DNA of 64,000 nucleotides from Mobula hypostoma (lineage: Eukaryota). The notes below the pieces were generated by a model. That model was not told where the DNA came from. It ran no database searches and saw nothing but the letters and a program-made list of their open reading frames with translations. Below are positions 38,201 through 50,977 of the stretch, one piece after another. The stretch is taken from NCBI RefSeq assembly GCF_963921235.1, contig NC_086108.1, positions 54,934,001-54,998,000 on the forward strand, in the 5' to 3' direction. Positions within the stretch are counted from its first letter, which is position 1. Each line of letters opens with the position of its first letter. Made by a program: the position numbers and the translations under genes.

Positions 38201-40302
38201 CTGGAAGTAATGTTTTAAAAAGTCTCAAGAGCAGCGATTGTTAAATGTTCAGAGAGCGCAATAAAGAACCAGAAAAAATAAAGTGCACGTGGACTTGTAA
38301 TTTATTGGCTTCAACATCTAGTCGTTGAGTTCCAGTGATTTCAGTATTAGTAGTAGTCGTATACAGTGTGGGCTGCTCAATGTCAAACTTCGAATATTAC
38401 TCAGCGTAAATCGGGAGCGAACTTTGTTAAAATTTTGCTTATGATTGTACCTCTATATGGCAGGAGAAGCAGAGTTTGTTAGTTTGGATCATGAGCTCCA
38501 TTACGCTCAAGAAATAACATTTGGGGATGTTTTATAGTTACAAAAGACTATGTGAGAAAACAATGCAGCAGAATGCCAATGAGTCACAATGTTTTTGTTT
38601 TTCTGTTTCATTTTATGTTCTTTTACCAGTTACAAATTTCTCATATAGATTACCTTATAACTGACTACATGTGAATTTATCTGCACTCAGACAGTGGAAG
38701 ACACTAACGCACCAGAACTTAAACCAACATAAATCATAGCTTCCTCACTGATTTTTGTAGTCACTCTCAAATAAAACGATCTTAAAGCTCCTTTAAGAAT
38801 AGTTTTAACAACAGGCTTCCAAGGGTCTACTCTGGGCAATTGAAAGTTAGAGGTTCAACTGTATTAGACACAGGACAATTTCTACATTGATCAATAGAGT
38901 GTTTAAGGTTGATTCAACAGCCAGACAGTGTGTGACTAAAATAATTTGTACAAAGCATTAAGTGGTGTTGGTGATGCTGCTTTGCTGGCAATTCAGATGG
39001 TACAACTATGCAGTTTATTTCGGGTGATAATTTCTGAGCAATGTAATATGAGACCAGAATATTTGTTGGAGAATTGTATGGCCAAAGTTTGATAATTTGA
39101 CAGAAAGGACTATTAATTCCACTTATATCAAATTGGGGTCCAATTTTTAGTGTTGTTTGGTTATGTATTTACAGGTTATCAGCAATCTCTAATTGCACTC
39201 TCTAAACCTATGATAATAGCATAGAAAAAAGCAGATGTGTTGTAAACCAGAAAAGGGAAATTTTTGAACTTGTGTCCAGTTACTACATGCAAATGTACTA
39301 TTGTGAATCTTGTTTTAAAAAACGTGTGGGGCATTAATAAAATTCTTTATCAGACCCCTTCTTTTTGACTGAGAAGCCTGGCTCCAGTCCATGATGTTTC
39401 CCTGTGATGCCGTCCATGCAAAGGATAAAAACTCAGTAAAGTGCTCCTGTGGTAGGGAGTTATTGTGCTGGATATAATCTATCGATTTCAGTTCTGTAAT
39501 GTTACACTGGGGTGACGTACCGTCGTTAGACAGACCCATTTCATGACTTATGATTATGGCTCGCAGACCTCCACCACCTATTTTAGATTGCACACTGAAC
39601 AAAACTTGTTTTTAGAATCACTATAGATAATTGGGGGAAAATTATTTATTTGTCAACAGAAATTGCAGTAAAAGCTATGGAACTAGTGGGAATCATGGAT
39701 AATCAGAGTTTTCCATTGCCACATGTAACTAGAAATAAGGCAGAGAGAATTATATGCTAATAATTGATCTCCGCAATTTTTAAGTCATTCAGTGGAAAAT
39801 CTCTCAGCAGTATTTCTGACCTAATTTTTCTTATAATAAGGATTGAGAGAATTCCCCTTTGATTATTTTAAAATAGCAAGATGCTGGTAAGAATATTAAG
39901 GCATTGCCATTAATACTGGATCTGCAGACTCATTTTGACGAGTGGGAGCTTAAATCTTTGGCCATAGATTTCAATATCAAAGCTATACCAATCAAAATAT
40001 TTCAGCAAAAATTGTGAGGATATTGATGTTGTGTGCAAAACAAGCACCATAGCAAATTGGTCAATGGCCAGAAGGGAAAAGTGTGTGAATCTTTTGAATG
40101 AATTAGTTCACTGAAGTTGCTGGTGTTTTCCAAATTTAAAAATTTAAATTTTGCAGGATTTTTTCTTTGTAGAAATTATTCTCACTCCATTAGATTATGT
40201 TCTGCTGCAAATTAATTTAAACAATTTTTTACATGAATGGCAATATGCAACTTGGATGTCTTTATTTCATTTTGTACATTTCAGGTTCCCTTCAGCTAAG
40301 AA

Positions 40303-40342
40303 ATGATGTTACTGGAACTTGTGACTGCAACCTTGTGCCTGG
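40303..40342 (+). CDS. lepr: Leptin receptor, first coding exon (signal peptide MMLLELVTATLCL-G); exon 40285-40342
   Basis: Pyrimidine-rich acceptor ...tacatttcAG|40285 and donor G|GTAAGT at 40343. The 40 coding nt (13 codons + 1) match the first coding exon of human LEPR as I recall it. Joins in phase 1 to the exon at 55865 to give a hydrophobic leader. Confidence 0.85.
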
Positions 40343-40681
40343 GTAAGTCAAAGGTTAAACCTCTTACAGTATCCCTTTGAAATATGGGTGATTAGTCTAC
40401 AAATAGACTACAGACATTTCTATTCTTGGCTCCTATGTCAACAAAATGGACAGCTGTGATGGCAAGGAAGCAACTGGGCCTGTGATGATATCCACGCCAG
40501 TTTGTTATTCAAGTCACCTACAGCAGGAACATAGAATTTTATTTTTTAGTGATTCTTTTGATGAAAGTTGTTCGTTTTCTCCTTCAATGAAAGGAAAATT
40601 GTTAATTTATTTTTCAAACCACTTTTGGAAGAATATACAAATTTGCTCGATTGCATTTTATGTAGCAGCATGGCAGTTATA

Positions 40682-41231
40682 CACTCAATGGCCTCTTTAT
40701 TAGTTGACTGCTGTACCTATAAAGTGGTCACTGAGTGCGTGTTTGTGGTTTTCTGCTGCTGAGGCCATGCACTTCAAGTTTTGACACATTGTGTATTCAG
40801 GTATACTCTTCTGCACATCACTGTTGTAAATGTGGTTATTTGAGTTACTATCACCTTCATATCAGCTTGAACCACTCTGGCTCTTCTCCTCTGACCCCTC
40901 TCATTAACAAAACAATTTTTGCCCACAGAAGTGCTGCGCACTGGCTGCTTTTTGTTTCTTTCACCATTTGCCGTAAACGCTAAACTGTTATGCACGAAAA
41001 TCTCAGGAGATCAGCAGTCTCTAAGATACTCAAACCACCCTGTCTGGTATCTACAATCATTCCACAGTCAATTACTTAATCACATTTCTTTCCCATTCTG
41101 ATGTCTGAACGAACCTCATGACCATGTCTGCATGCTTTTATGGATTGAGTTGCTGTCCCATGATTGCCTGATTAGATATTTGCATGAATGTGCAGGTGTG
41201 CATGCGTACCAAATAAAGTGGACACCAGGTG
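40682..41231 (-). mobile_element. Non-autonomous Tc1/mariner element, same family as 20934
   Basis: TA|CACTCAATGGCCTCTTTATTAG left TIR, degenerate right TIR, internal sequence shared with 20934-21676. Confidence 0.75.
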
Positions 41232-43187
41232 TCTATCTATTAGCTGGCTGTTGGCTTTATTGATCAATTCAAGAGTTAAGAGGTCTACCATCTGCAGGAA
41301 GCCCTTGGTTTGAGTTAGTGGCTCAAATGCAAGTAGCACAATGGTTATTGCAAAATGGAAGCAACATTAAAGCTGCAAGGACACAGGACCTGAACATATA
41401 GTCACACAGTGGACAGACATTGAGGAAGTGCTGCTGGGCAGCTGAGTAAACATGTGACAAGAAATGGAAGCACTCCACCCGTGGAGGAGCCTGCCATCAC
41501 CACAAAGCACAGGGTGTAGTCAGGTCTCCCTCAATAGGGGGCACAATTGACTACATCCTTGCACCAGTGAATGACAAACCGCTAGATACAGCAACAGTCT
41601 GCAGCTTCAGACTGCTGGATGCCAGATGTATAGAAGATAATGTCCAGCATTTCCCTGAAAGCAAATGGCACAGTTGTCCTCATCGTGCTCACCTGGATGT
41701 AACTATTAGATTTTACTGAGAACCTCCTGCTGGACTGCAGATCCTCAAAGCTTAGACTTCCCAAGCAACTTTGGTGGATGTGGCCAACTGCTGGGAGTTC
41801 TGCCTTCCTACTATCCTCTACCCCCTCTTCCTCCCAACAACTTTTTCTAATCTGCATTGTATCTGTTAATATTATCTGTGCTGATCAGTTATCATGTTAC
41901 CTTTACGATCAGGAGAATCTTCACTAACACACTCATGTTTGGGGTAAATTAGATCATGCCGGAACTCTGAAGTCAAGACAAAAACCTTCGGTGCTAGGCA
42001 CACTACTTGCTCGAGACATTGACCCCTGTAAGGTAAACCTTAGAACAATCTAAACACTTGCTGATTTGGAGCAAATAACCTGTAATTAATTCATTACTTT
42101 AAACAGCAGTGGCAGGATTGGAGTTTGGGGATCCTTCCTAAACACAGAGATGTTTTGAGTTGTGTGAGTTCAAGTGAGCTCATTAGTGGAAACATCGGAC
42201 TCCGGTTTTACGGTGCTGGCATTGACTCAGCATTGGATGCTGAGTTACTTAATGATCTGCCATTCTAAGTATCTCTGGCAGCCGTTGGCTCACCTTAGCA
42301 ACGTGGCACCAGGTGTAACTTGTGCCACAAATATGCATGGCACATTGATCAACATATTGGAATTAATTTGATAACCATGGGCCCAAAAAAAGAGAAAACT
42401 TGGGAGCCACATGTTGCAGTCACAGAATTCTTTAAGTATTTTTCTTTTGAATAGATGTAAATTTTACATTTTAGTGTACGGGGAAAATAATTTTTACATT
42501 CCTTTGGTGTTAGTATAATATTGCTGTTATAAAATGTACATTGTCAGTGTCATATAAAGGTTGGAAAAAAGTCTTGTGTACAATGTTATGTAAAAAGAAA
42601 CATGTTGAAGATTGTGCTGTGATAAGATAATGGTGGGAAAGTGATAGTTTCTACCATTTACTGTAATCTCTCCTCTCACACATCTCTTTTGATGAAGTTG
42701 TTGACATGTGGTTTGTCACTTTTCACTTAAACATTGGCATATTCAGAATTCTGTCTTGCATAAGACCACAAGCTTTATCAGGGAAGGAGAAAAATAGTTG
42801 ACGTTTTAATATTTTGTTTTTGCAAGCCAATTTTTCCATCTGTACATGATCAACTATTTGGAGATTCTACTATTGGAGTAATGTTCTCTCTACCCTCCCC
42901 CTCTCCATTATATTCATTGTATCCGTGAGTTTTATCCTCGGATTTTCACCATTCTCCACTTTGTTTTTAAATTATGAGCCCTTTAGCTTTTAATCTACAG
43001 TCATTTTTCCCACATACGATGGCCACCAGCCTGTCAAAATGCTAGTTACTTTGAATAAGAGTACTTGTCTAAACTGTCAGCAATGTGTTTTCTCCACACA
43101 TGTTGAAAGACCGTGTTTCCAGCACTTTCTATCTTTGTTGCCTATTGGTTTGTGCGAGGATTCTATTTGTCAGTATAGGGATAGTTA

Positions 43188-46100
43188 TGTGGGGTAATGT
43201 AATGACAGTTTTTTCAAGATAGAATCTGTTCTATATAATTCACAAACACCATCACTGAGGTGTTGTGTTCAGTTTAAGAGACGGTGTCTGAAATAATGAC
43301 ATCAGTGCTTTTGGTTTGTCCATAATGGTAACAAAGGGCTGTGGCTTTTGTTAAGCACATCAAATGACTTATGTGTTTTATTCACAAAATCCTACAATGG
43401 TGACTCCGGCGATCTTAGAACCACTAAATGACATGTCAACCAACGCAGTCGCTTCAAAGCTGCCAGAGTTTTTGGAGCAGTTACCGAGTGGTTTGTACAG
43501 GCAGAAGTCCAGTATGCGCTGCAAGAAATCACCATGAACAATACCAAATTTTATGACATTACAATATTGCTAAGTAGTTCCACTGCAGTCAGAGTGGGGT
43601 CTACTAGAAGACCTGCCTGCATGTGATAAGTTTCTCACTCTGAAGACTCACCTATTACGGTTTTTGGACCATCTGAGTCTGAGTGTGCCAAACATTTGCT
43701 GTCCTTGCCCGTCATGGGTGACGCTAGGCCTTCAGAACATGTGTTCTCTCCTGGGCAATCACCATCCTAGTTTTATTTTTAGAGAACTCTTTGTGCAACA
43801 ATTGCCTAATCAAAATTGCACAACCCTCACTAATGCACCCATGAGGACTACAGGGAGCTTGCTCAAATGGCCGATAGTCTACACTCAGCTGGGCCGAGGT
43901 GCATCGTTTCTCCTGCTTTCCCTGTCTCAATAAGCCCTGTCAGCAGAGCCTCCAGCAGACTCACACCCATGGCTGCAAAACAAACAACATCTGGTTTATG
44001 TTTTTTTTACCACACATGCTTTGGCAGGAATGCCAAGAAGTGCCGAATGCGTTGCAGCAAGACATCAAAGGTCTATGAACACTGTGGGTTCCAGCTGCCA
44101 GGGTCATCGACTGTTCATTATGGACACCCTTTCAGGACCATGCTTCCTGTGTGGCACGGATGCTCAGGTGAGTGTGTTGCCATCATTGCCCATTGATTAT
44201 AAGCCAGGCGGCGACAGACCCTTGCTAAAGGCTGCCAGTGGCAGCTGGATCTGGACGTATGGGACACAACACGTGATGCTGTGCTTCAGTGGATGAAACA
44301 ACACATGGGACTTTATCTTGGCTAAAGTTGCTAGACCTCTACCCGGTGCCAAAGGGCTGTTAGTAGATCTTAAGAACTGTCAACTTGTGAACGCAAAAGA
44401 CTTTGGGTCGTTATTCTGTACCCCCAGTAATTTCCCCATGACGACTCTATATAGTGCATGCCTCACTACATGTGATTTCACTCAACTGTTGGGCAAATTC
44501 CCAAGCCTCACCAAGCCCACTTTTTCCAGTACATGGGGTTGAGCATCACAGTCCCACAACTGGCTCGCTGGTCTGTGCCGGTGCGCATAGACTGGACTCA
44601 GAAAAGCTGCTCAGCGCAAAGGCTGAGTTTGCTAACATGGAAATGCTTGGCACTGTACACAACTCGATTAGCCCTTGGCTCTCACCCCTCCACGTGGTCC
44701 CTAAACCCGATGTGCTTACATCCATGCAGCAATTATTGCTGCCTTAATGAGGCCATCACCCCCAATCAGAACCTGGTCCAACATGTTTAGGACTTTCAGC
44801 ACGGTTGGCGGGAAAGATAATCTTTTTCTGAAGTGGACGTAGTCAGGGACTACCATGAGGTGCCTGAGTGCACTGAGGGTGTTCCCAAAACTGCTGTTAC
44901 AACACCATATGGCCTATTTGAGTTTCTGCACACGCTGTTTGGGCTGAAAAATGGAGCACAGACTTTTCAACGGCTGATAGACTCTGTGTAAAGACTTAGA
45001 TTTTCTTTTGTTTTTACCTGGAAGGCATACTTGTCACCAGCACATCCAAAATCAAACACTTATCACATCTCTGCACACATTTCAAGCTCTTAAGCCAATG
45101 TGGGCTGATTAATAACCCCACTAAATGCCGGTTCAGGTCGTCTACTATTGACTTTCTCGGCCAGCACAACTTCTAATAAAGTACGACATGTCTGCTGAAA
45201 AAAGTTACCACGAGTATGACTTTTCCACTGCCCCGCACTACCAAAGCACTGCAAGAGATTTTAGGTATGGTGAATTTCTGTCACTGTTCCATTTCACGAG
45301 CCACTGAACTTATGCTGTCCTTGTATCGTGCTCGTAAGGCAATGCCAAACTCGCATGTTTGATTGGTCAGTAGACATGACCAGAGCATGTGACAACGCCA
45401 AATGAGCCCTTTCAAACGCGATCCTACAGGTGCGCCTGCTGCATGGCAGCAATGCCATCTGTCCTACATTTTGGAAGTCACATACAGCTAATGTGAATTC
45501 ACAAACATCTTCTTACCATGGTGGACGGTGCCACCAGGTGGCTAGAGGTTGTCCCTCTTGTATTGATGGCGGTTGCAGACGTGGCTCGTGCGTTCAACAC
45601 CTGGGTCACTCAGCTCGGCATCCCATCTGATATTTCTTCCAATAGTGGTCCCCAATTCACATCAAACCTCTGAGCTACAATGGTGTTAAATTGCAGCATA
45701 TCACCCGCAGTCCAATGTCCTGTGTGAGCGATTTCACCATTCCTTAAAGGCTGCTCTGAAGGATGAGTGTTGGCACAAACATCCTCTGTGTGTCCTACCA
45801 GGGCTCATATGGCTCCAAAAGAGGACCTGCAGTCCTTCTCATCTGAGTTGGTGTATGGGCAGACATTACAGGTGTTGGGTGATCTTATTCCTGGTCAGTG
45901 GCTCAGCAGTATTCTGCACTCCTTAGTAAACTCAATTCTTTTACACCTTTTCTTACTTTCCATCATGGCACACAGCACTCTTGAGTTTGAGTTGACCTAC
46001 CTTCTGCCTCATCATTTCTATCTGCCATGACACACATCAACATCCCCTTATGACGCATTTTGGAAATGGGCAGAAAAAATATATTGCAGATAGTGTTATG

Positions 46101-47357
46101 TACCCCTAGGGGTCATATCCCTAAAAACTGTGCTTTTAAAAGAGAGAGCGAGAGTTGTACATCACAAACACCTTGTTATTAAGAGAGAGAGAGGTGAAGA
46201 CTACTTTGAGATGGTGTTATGGTTTCTCTGCAGCATGTTTACACTTTTGCAAGCACACTGCCAGCTTCTGTGTTCTTACAGAGAGAGAAGGGAGGAGCTA
46301 CTTGATGGACAGCTGGTGTTCAGCATGGTGAGATAAATAGAAGGTCAGCTGGTAGACAGACAGACGCATGATTTTGGATACTGGATGAACTTTGTAGTGC
46401 CCGCGGAACGGTGGGTTTTTGGAGGATCGATCAGGAGGATCGATCAGTTGCTCTCGCAGTGTGGAAAAGGAGTGACCGGTGGGGAGTTATTAGTGTGTCC
46501 AACCCTCGGCTGGGTTGATAACTCCAGCACAGAAAACGATCCCCTTGTTGTGGTCACATTCGGTGACTTCTAAAGGATTTTGGAGGACAACGGGAAGATC
46601 AACGGCATCAGCTCAGCTGAAGAAATAAACACCACCCTCTCTCTCTCCACCACTACTCAACTCAATACCACGAACTGAACTGAACTTCACTCATCACCAT
46701 AAGACTGTATCCATTTACCCCTAGGCTTGAAGAAGCTTGGTTTTTCTATTTCCACACTTGTATGCATATAATCTTTGCTAACCTGTTTAATATATCTGAA
46801 ATTATATTACTGTATTGCGTAGTTACTAATAAATAGTATTAGTGAATAGCAATACCAGACTCCAAAGTGTTTTCCATTTCTGCTGGTTCTTTAATCCGTC
46901 ACAGGGTACGTGACAATAGGAAGGGTAAACCTGAATGTACTTGCGGAGATTGTTTTAAACCAGCCCACATGAACCTGGATGGTTCCACTACCATACCCCA
47001 TACACCACAACATGACCATGTGTGTGCCAGCATACCCCTGGATGAGGCAGAAGCACTTACTGTTACCCCAGCCTAGCCACATAGGACTCGAGTCAGACAG
47101 ACTCACAAGTCTGGGAGGGCCTGTGTAGGGTAATGTAATGAGTGACAAGATGACACATATTGTTCATCATACAAACTGTTCTATGCAATTCACAAACACC
47201 ATCAGTGAGTTGTTGTGTTCACTTTCAGAGATGGCGTCTGATGTAATGATGTCAATACAGTATAATGCTGTTGGTTTCTTCATAATAGGAGTAAAGAGTT
47301 GCAGTTTTGTTAAGCGCATAAAATGTCCCTCGCATGTTTTATTCACAAAATTCTACA
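43188..47357 (+). mobile_element. Decayed Gypsy LTR retrotransposon, CsRN1-like clade
   Basis: LTRs 43188-43396 and 47124-47357; PBS TGGTGACTCCGGCG (tRNA-Trp-like) at 43398; PPT gggaggg. Gag KLPEF..WFVQAE and CHCC knuckle CFFYH..FG..AKKC...C; protease FLCGTDAQVS; RT SPWLSPLHVVPK and FGLKNGAQTFQR; IN AYHPQSN..ERFH. RNase H largely deleted. Confidence 0.85.
46094..46915 (+). mobile_element. Solo LTR (822 bp) related to family B, inserted in the Gypsy 3' region
   Basis: TGTTATGTACCC...GGGTACGTGACA termini; perfect 4-bp TSD ATAG; AATAAA near 46828. Its 3' end is reverse-complement similar to 33407-33560. Confidence 0.88.
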
Positions 47358-48844
47358 TTAACACAGGAACAAAGGAAGTTGATCTTACACATTCGCAAAA
47401 GTGCTCAGTTGTGAAATGGACTATTATGAGCCAAATCAGGCAAATATTGTAGAATGCAATTGCTGATGCCTCCAAGGAATTTATAATTGGGGTCTCCAAA
47501 TGTTTACACCACAAATGTCAGTGCTAATCTAACCAGCAGAGTAAATGGGAGGAGACAATTGAGAAAGAATTTTCAGTGAGTGGTGAACAGGACTTTATTT
47601 TGGGGCAATTAATTGGGAAACTTCCCTGAAGATTCCACAAGGTTGTAGTGTGAATTGCCGAATGACGCACAGTTGGGAACTGTGGTGGACTAAAGAAACT
47701 TGTAAGGTTGCACAATTCAGTAAAAAGACAAAATATAATTTTTTAAAATATTAGCTTCCATTTTCTCAGGTATGTTGGATCACAATGTGATGGAGGTTGT
47801 CTAACAGTTGCACATAATTCCGGTTCGATGTCATTTGGACTTCTGCATTTAGTTTGGGAATTTCCCCTGCCCTGAGATGCAGTATAGCATAAAATAAGTG
47901 CAGTGCCAGGGCTAGAGAGCTTAAGTTACAGGCAGCAGCACTGACACGTTTTAGTAATTTAATTGAGGAGTTTAGACTGATTATTAATTATTAAAATAAT
48001 TGATATTGCGTAGTTGGGTCATTTTCTCTGACAGTGTAGTTCAGAACAAAGGGATACGGCCTTAAAATCTTACTCTACAGATGCGTGCTTAGAGGAAACA
48101 TACTTTTTAATTTTGTCTCTCCTAGTGAAAAAAAGTTGTTGCATCTTGTGTACCTGAAAAAAATTACATTAGAGATTGATTTTGGAGGCCATTGATTTTA
48201 AGGGCTGTTAAAATATGTATGTGTCCTTTGTATTAATTTAATAGCGTACAGGTTTAGGTGTCTGGATTGGCCAGCCTGTTACAGTACTATCGAAACAACT
48301 AATTGATTCAGTCTCTCCGGGTTAAGATATTTTATCTGAAATATATTTCTTATACTATTGGACAGGCAGCAGAATCTATTGATCATTTAGTTTAGAAAAT
48401 GGTCAAACAAGCTTAGTCACCTGCAGTTTTCCGAATTCCTCAGTACTTCAAACCAGCAGTTAGTGAACAACCGGAAAAAAATGTCCATGGCGATATTTTG
48501 TTTCTTTAAGTTTCTACCAATCTCCTGAAGTTGTAGCAAGTGATTGAGTGATCTTCCCTGCAAATTGTACATAACTATTTCATGAATTGCTGTATAAAAT
48601 GTTGATTGGCTATTTTCATTGCATCTGTCTGACACTCATTTGGAATTAATTAAGAGAAGTACAAATAAATTATTGATACTGAGGGACTGTTGTTGGATTT
48701 TAGAGGCTTATGTAATTTAACACAAGTCTTTGATTCTCTGAGACAATCAGAAAAGTATTTCTACTTCAAGCATCAAAGTAAAACATTTACAACTATTATG
48801 TTCAAAGGCTAAATCTGAATGTTATGCAAAAAAGAAACTAACAG

Positions 48845-49625
48845 GTGAATTGGTTTATTACTATAACACGTGCAGAGGTACAGTGAAAAACTTGTCTTGT
48901 ATATCATTCAAACAGAACAATGCATTACCAGTCAATGAATTACAACAGTACATTGGGGTAGCACAAGGTAAAACAATTACATGGAGCAGAATGAAGTGTT
49001 ACTGTTACAGACAAAGTGCAATGCAGGTAGACAATAAGTGCAGTCATTTCAGAGTTGACTGTGAAGTCAAGAGACTATCTTAATGTACTAGGGAACTGTT
49101 CAATAATCTCATACCAGCAGGATAGATGCTGTCCTTGAGCCTAGTAGTATGTGTTCAGGCATTTGTATCCCCTACCTAATTGGGTGGGGGCGGGTGGTTG
49201 GGAGAAGAGACAATCCTCAAGTTGAGTGGAGTCTTTGATTATTCTGGATATTTTACTAAGGAGGTGAGAAGTGTAGTCAGACTCCATAGAAAGGAGACTG
49301 ATTTCCATGATGTGCTATGTTGTGTCCACAACTCTCTACAGTCTCTTGTAGTTGTGGGTAGAGCAGTTACCATACCTGGCTATGATGCATCAATTAAAAA
49401 TTGTTGAGGATTATAGGGGACATGCTGAATTTCTTTCGGCTCCTGGGGAAGTAGAAGTGCTGGTGAGCTGTCTTGGCTGTGATGTCAGCATGGCAGGACT
49501 AGGCTATAGGTGATGTTCACTCCGTGAAACTTGAAGGTCTCAACTCTCTTGACCTCAGCGCTGTTGATGAATGCTTCAATGATCAGCTTTTTGTTTTGTT
49601 GATACTGAGGGAAAGGTTGTTGATA
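48845..49625 (-). mobile_element. Old Rex1/Babar-like 3' fragment
   Basis: Nucleotide similarity by eye to 1990-2720 (gaaacttgaaggtctcaactctc; tcctggggaagtagaagtgctg). Confidence 0.55.
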
Positions 49626-50499
49626 GGTCACTAGGTGTCACAAAATCAAATTCTGTTGTCTCTAAGTTAAATTTCGCTACAAAGGTTCAATTGAATTGAA
49701 TCAAAGATTTATTATCCAAAGAAAATAAATCTAATTCTCTTGTAAGTAATCCAGAATTTAAGAAATCTAATCTTTCAGCAAAGTTCCACAGCATTATTTT
49801 TCCCATAACTTAAATTCCTGATTCCTAAACCATCTTCTTGGGTTGTTTCTTTACCTTGAAATAAGACTATGAAAAAGAATACTTTTTAAAATTTACATTT
49901 GCAACTGGTTCTATATATGATTCGATTCTAAATTTTTTCTGTTTCCCAGTTTTTTGTGGATTGACTTCAGTGGACTTGTGTCTAAATGTAACACAGTTTT
50001 ACTGATTTATGAAATAACCTGCTGTGAATAGCCAGTTGTATTTGAGCTCTGTTTCCTCTGAAAGTTGGTACAATAAGTGATAAATCGTGATGAGTTACGC
50101 ACAGTTACAGCAGAATATGTCAGTGCTACAAGGGTTTTGTAGTTCACTGAAGCTTGAGCTTATGAATAACTTGTTTTAAGAAACTTTGTCTGAAAATATG
50201 TCAGTTAGGAAGTTGGAGGTTACTTGGATTAATTTGTTATCTTTACCTTTTTGTGCCGTGTGATTCAGACTTGGTGTGTATGAAGCTTGTCGAGGCAGAG
50301 CAATGTTGTGTTAATGATGTCAATGACATGGTGTGTTGTGGTGCAGTGCAGTATATGATCGTCCTCTTTAGCCAGTGGTCCCCAACCTCCGGGCCGTGGA
50401 CCGATACATTGCCGCGAAGAATACAGCGGTACAACAGTAGCCAGAACACACCCAGCACATATTTAAGAAAAAGGCCGAAATAAACAAGCTAATTAATTA

Positions 50500-50977
50500 C
50501 CTTATATTCCATCTGGGTAGCCTCCAACCTGATGGCATGAACATTGACTTCTCTAACTTCCATTAATGCCCCACCTCTCCTTCGTACCCCATCCCTTATT
50601 TATTTTTTATTATTATGATTTTTTTCTTTTCCCTTTTTTTCTCTCTTTTTTCTCCCTCTGTCCCTCTCACATCCTTTCCCATCCTCTGGGTTCCCCCCTC
50701 CCCCTTTCTCTCTCCCTAGGCCTCCTGTCCCATGATCCTCTCCCTTCTCCAGCCTTGTATCCCTTTTGCCAATCAACTTTCCAGCTCTTAGCACCATCCC
50801 TCCCCCCTTGTCTTCTCCTATCACTTTGAATCTCCCCTTCCCCTCCCACTTTCAAATCTCTTACTATCTCTTCTTTCTGTTAGTCCTGACGAAGGATCTC
50901 GACCTGAAACGTCAACTGTACCTCTTCCTATAGATGCTGCCTGGCCTGCTGCGATCACCAGCGTTTTTTATGTGTGT
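50500..50977 (+). mobile_element. Penelope 3' end
   Basis: LIFHLGSLQPDGMNIDFSNF C-terminus, pyrimidine-rich UTR, terminal repeat; TSD TAATTAATTA (50490-50499, 50978-50987). Confidence 0.85.
50881..50918 (+). ncRNA. Minimal hammerhead ribozyme motif
   Basis: UAGUC-CUGACGA-AGGAUCUCGACCU-GAAAC-GUC-AACUG: intact core and GUC triplet; one stem I mismatch. Confidence 0.7.

Noticed and set aside
41330..41880. Possible old LINE fragment or exon
   Set aside because: No diagnostic motif could be read.
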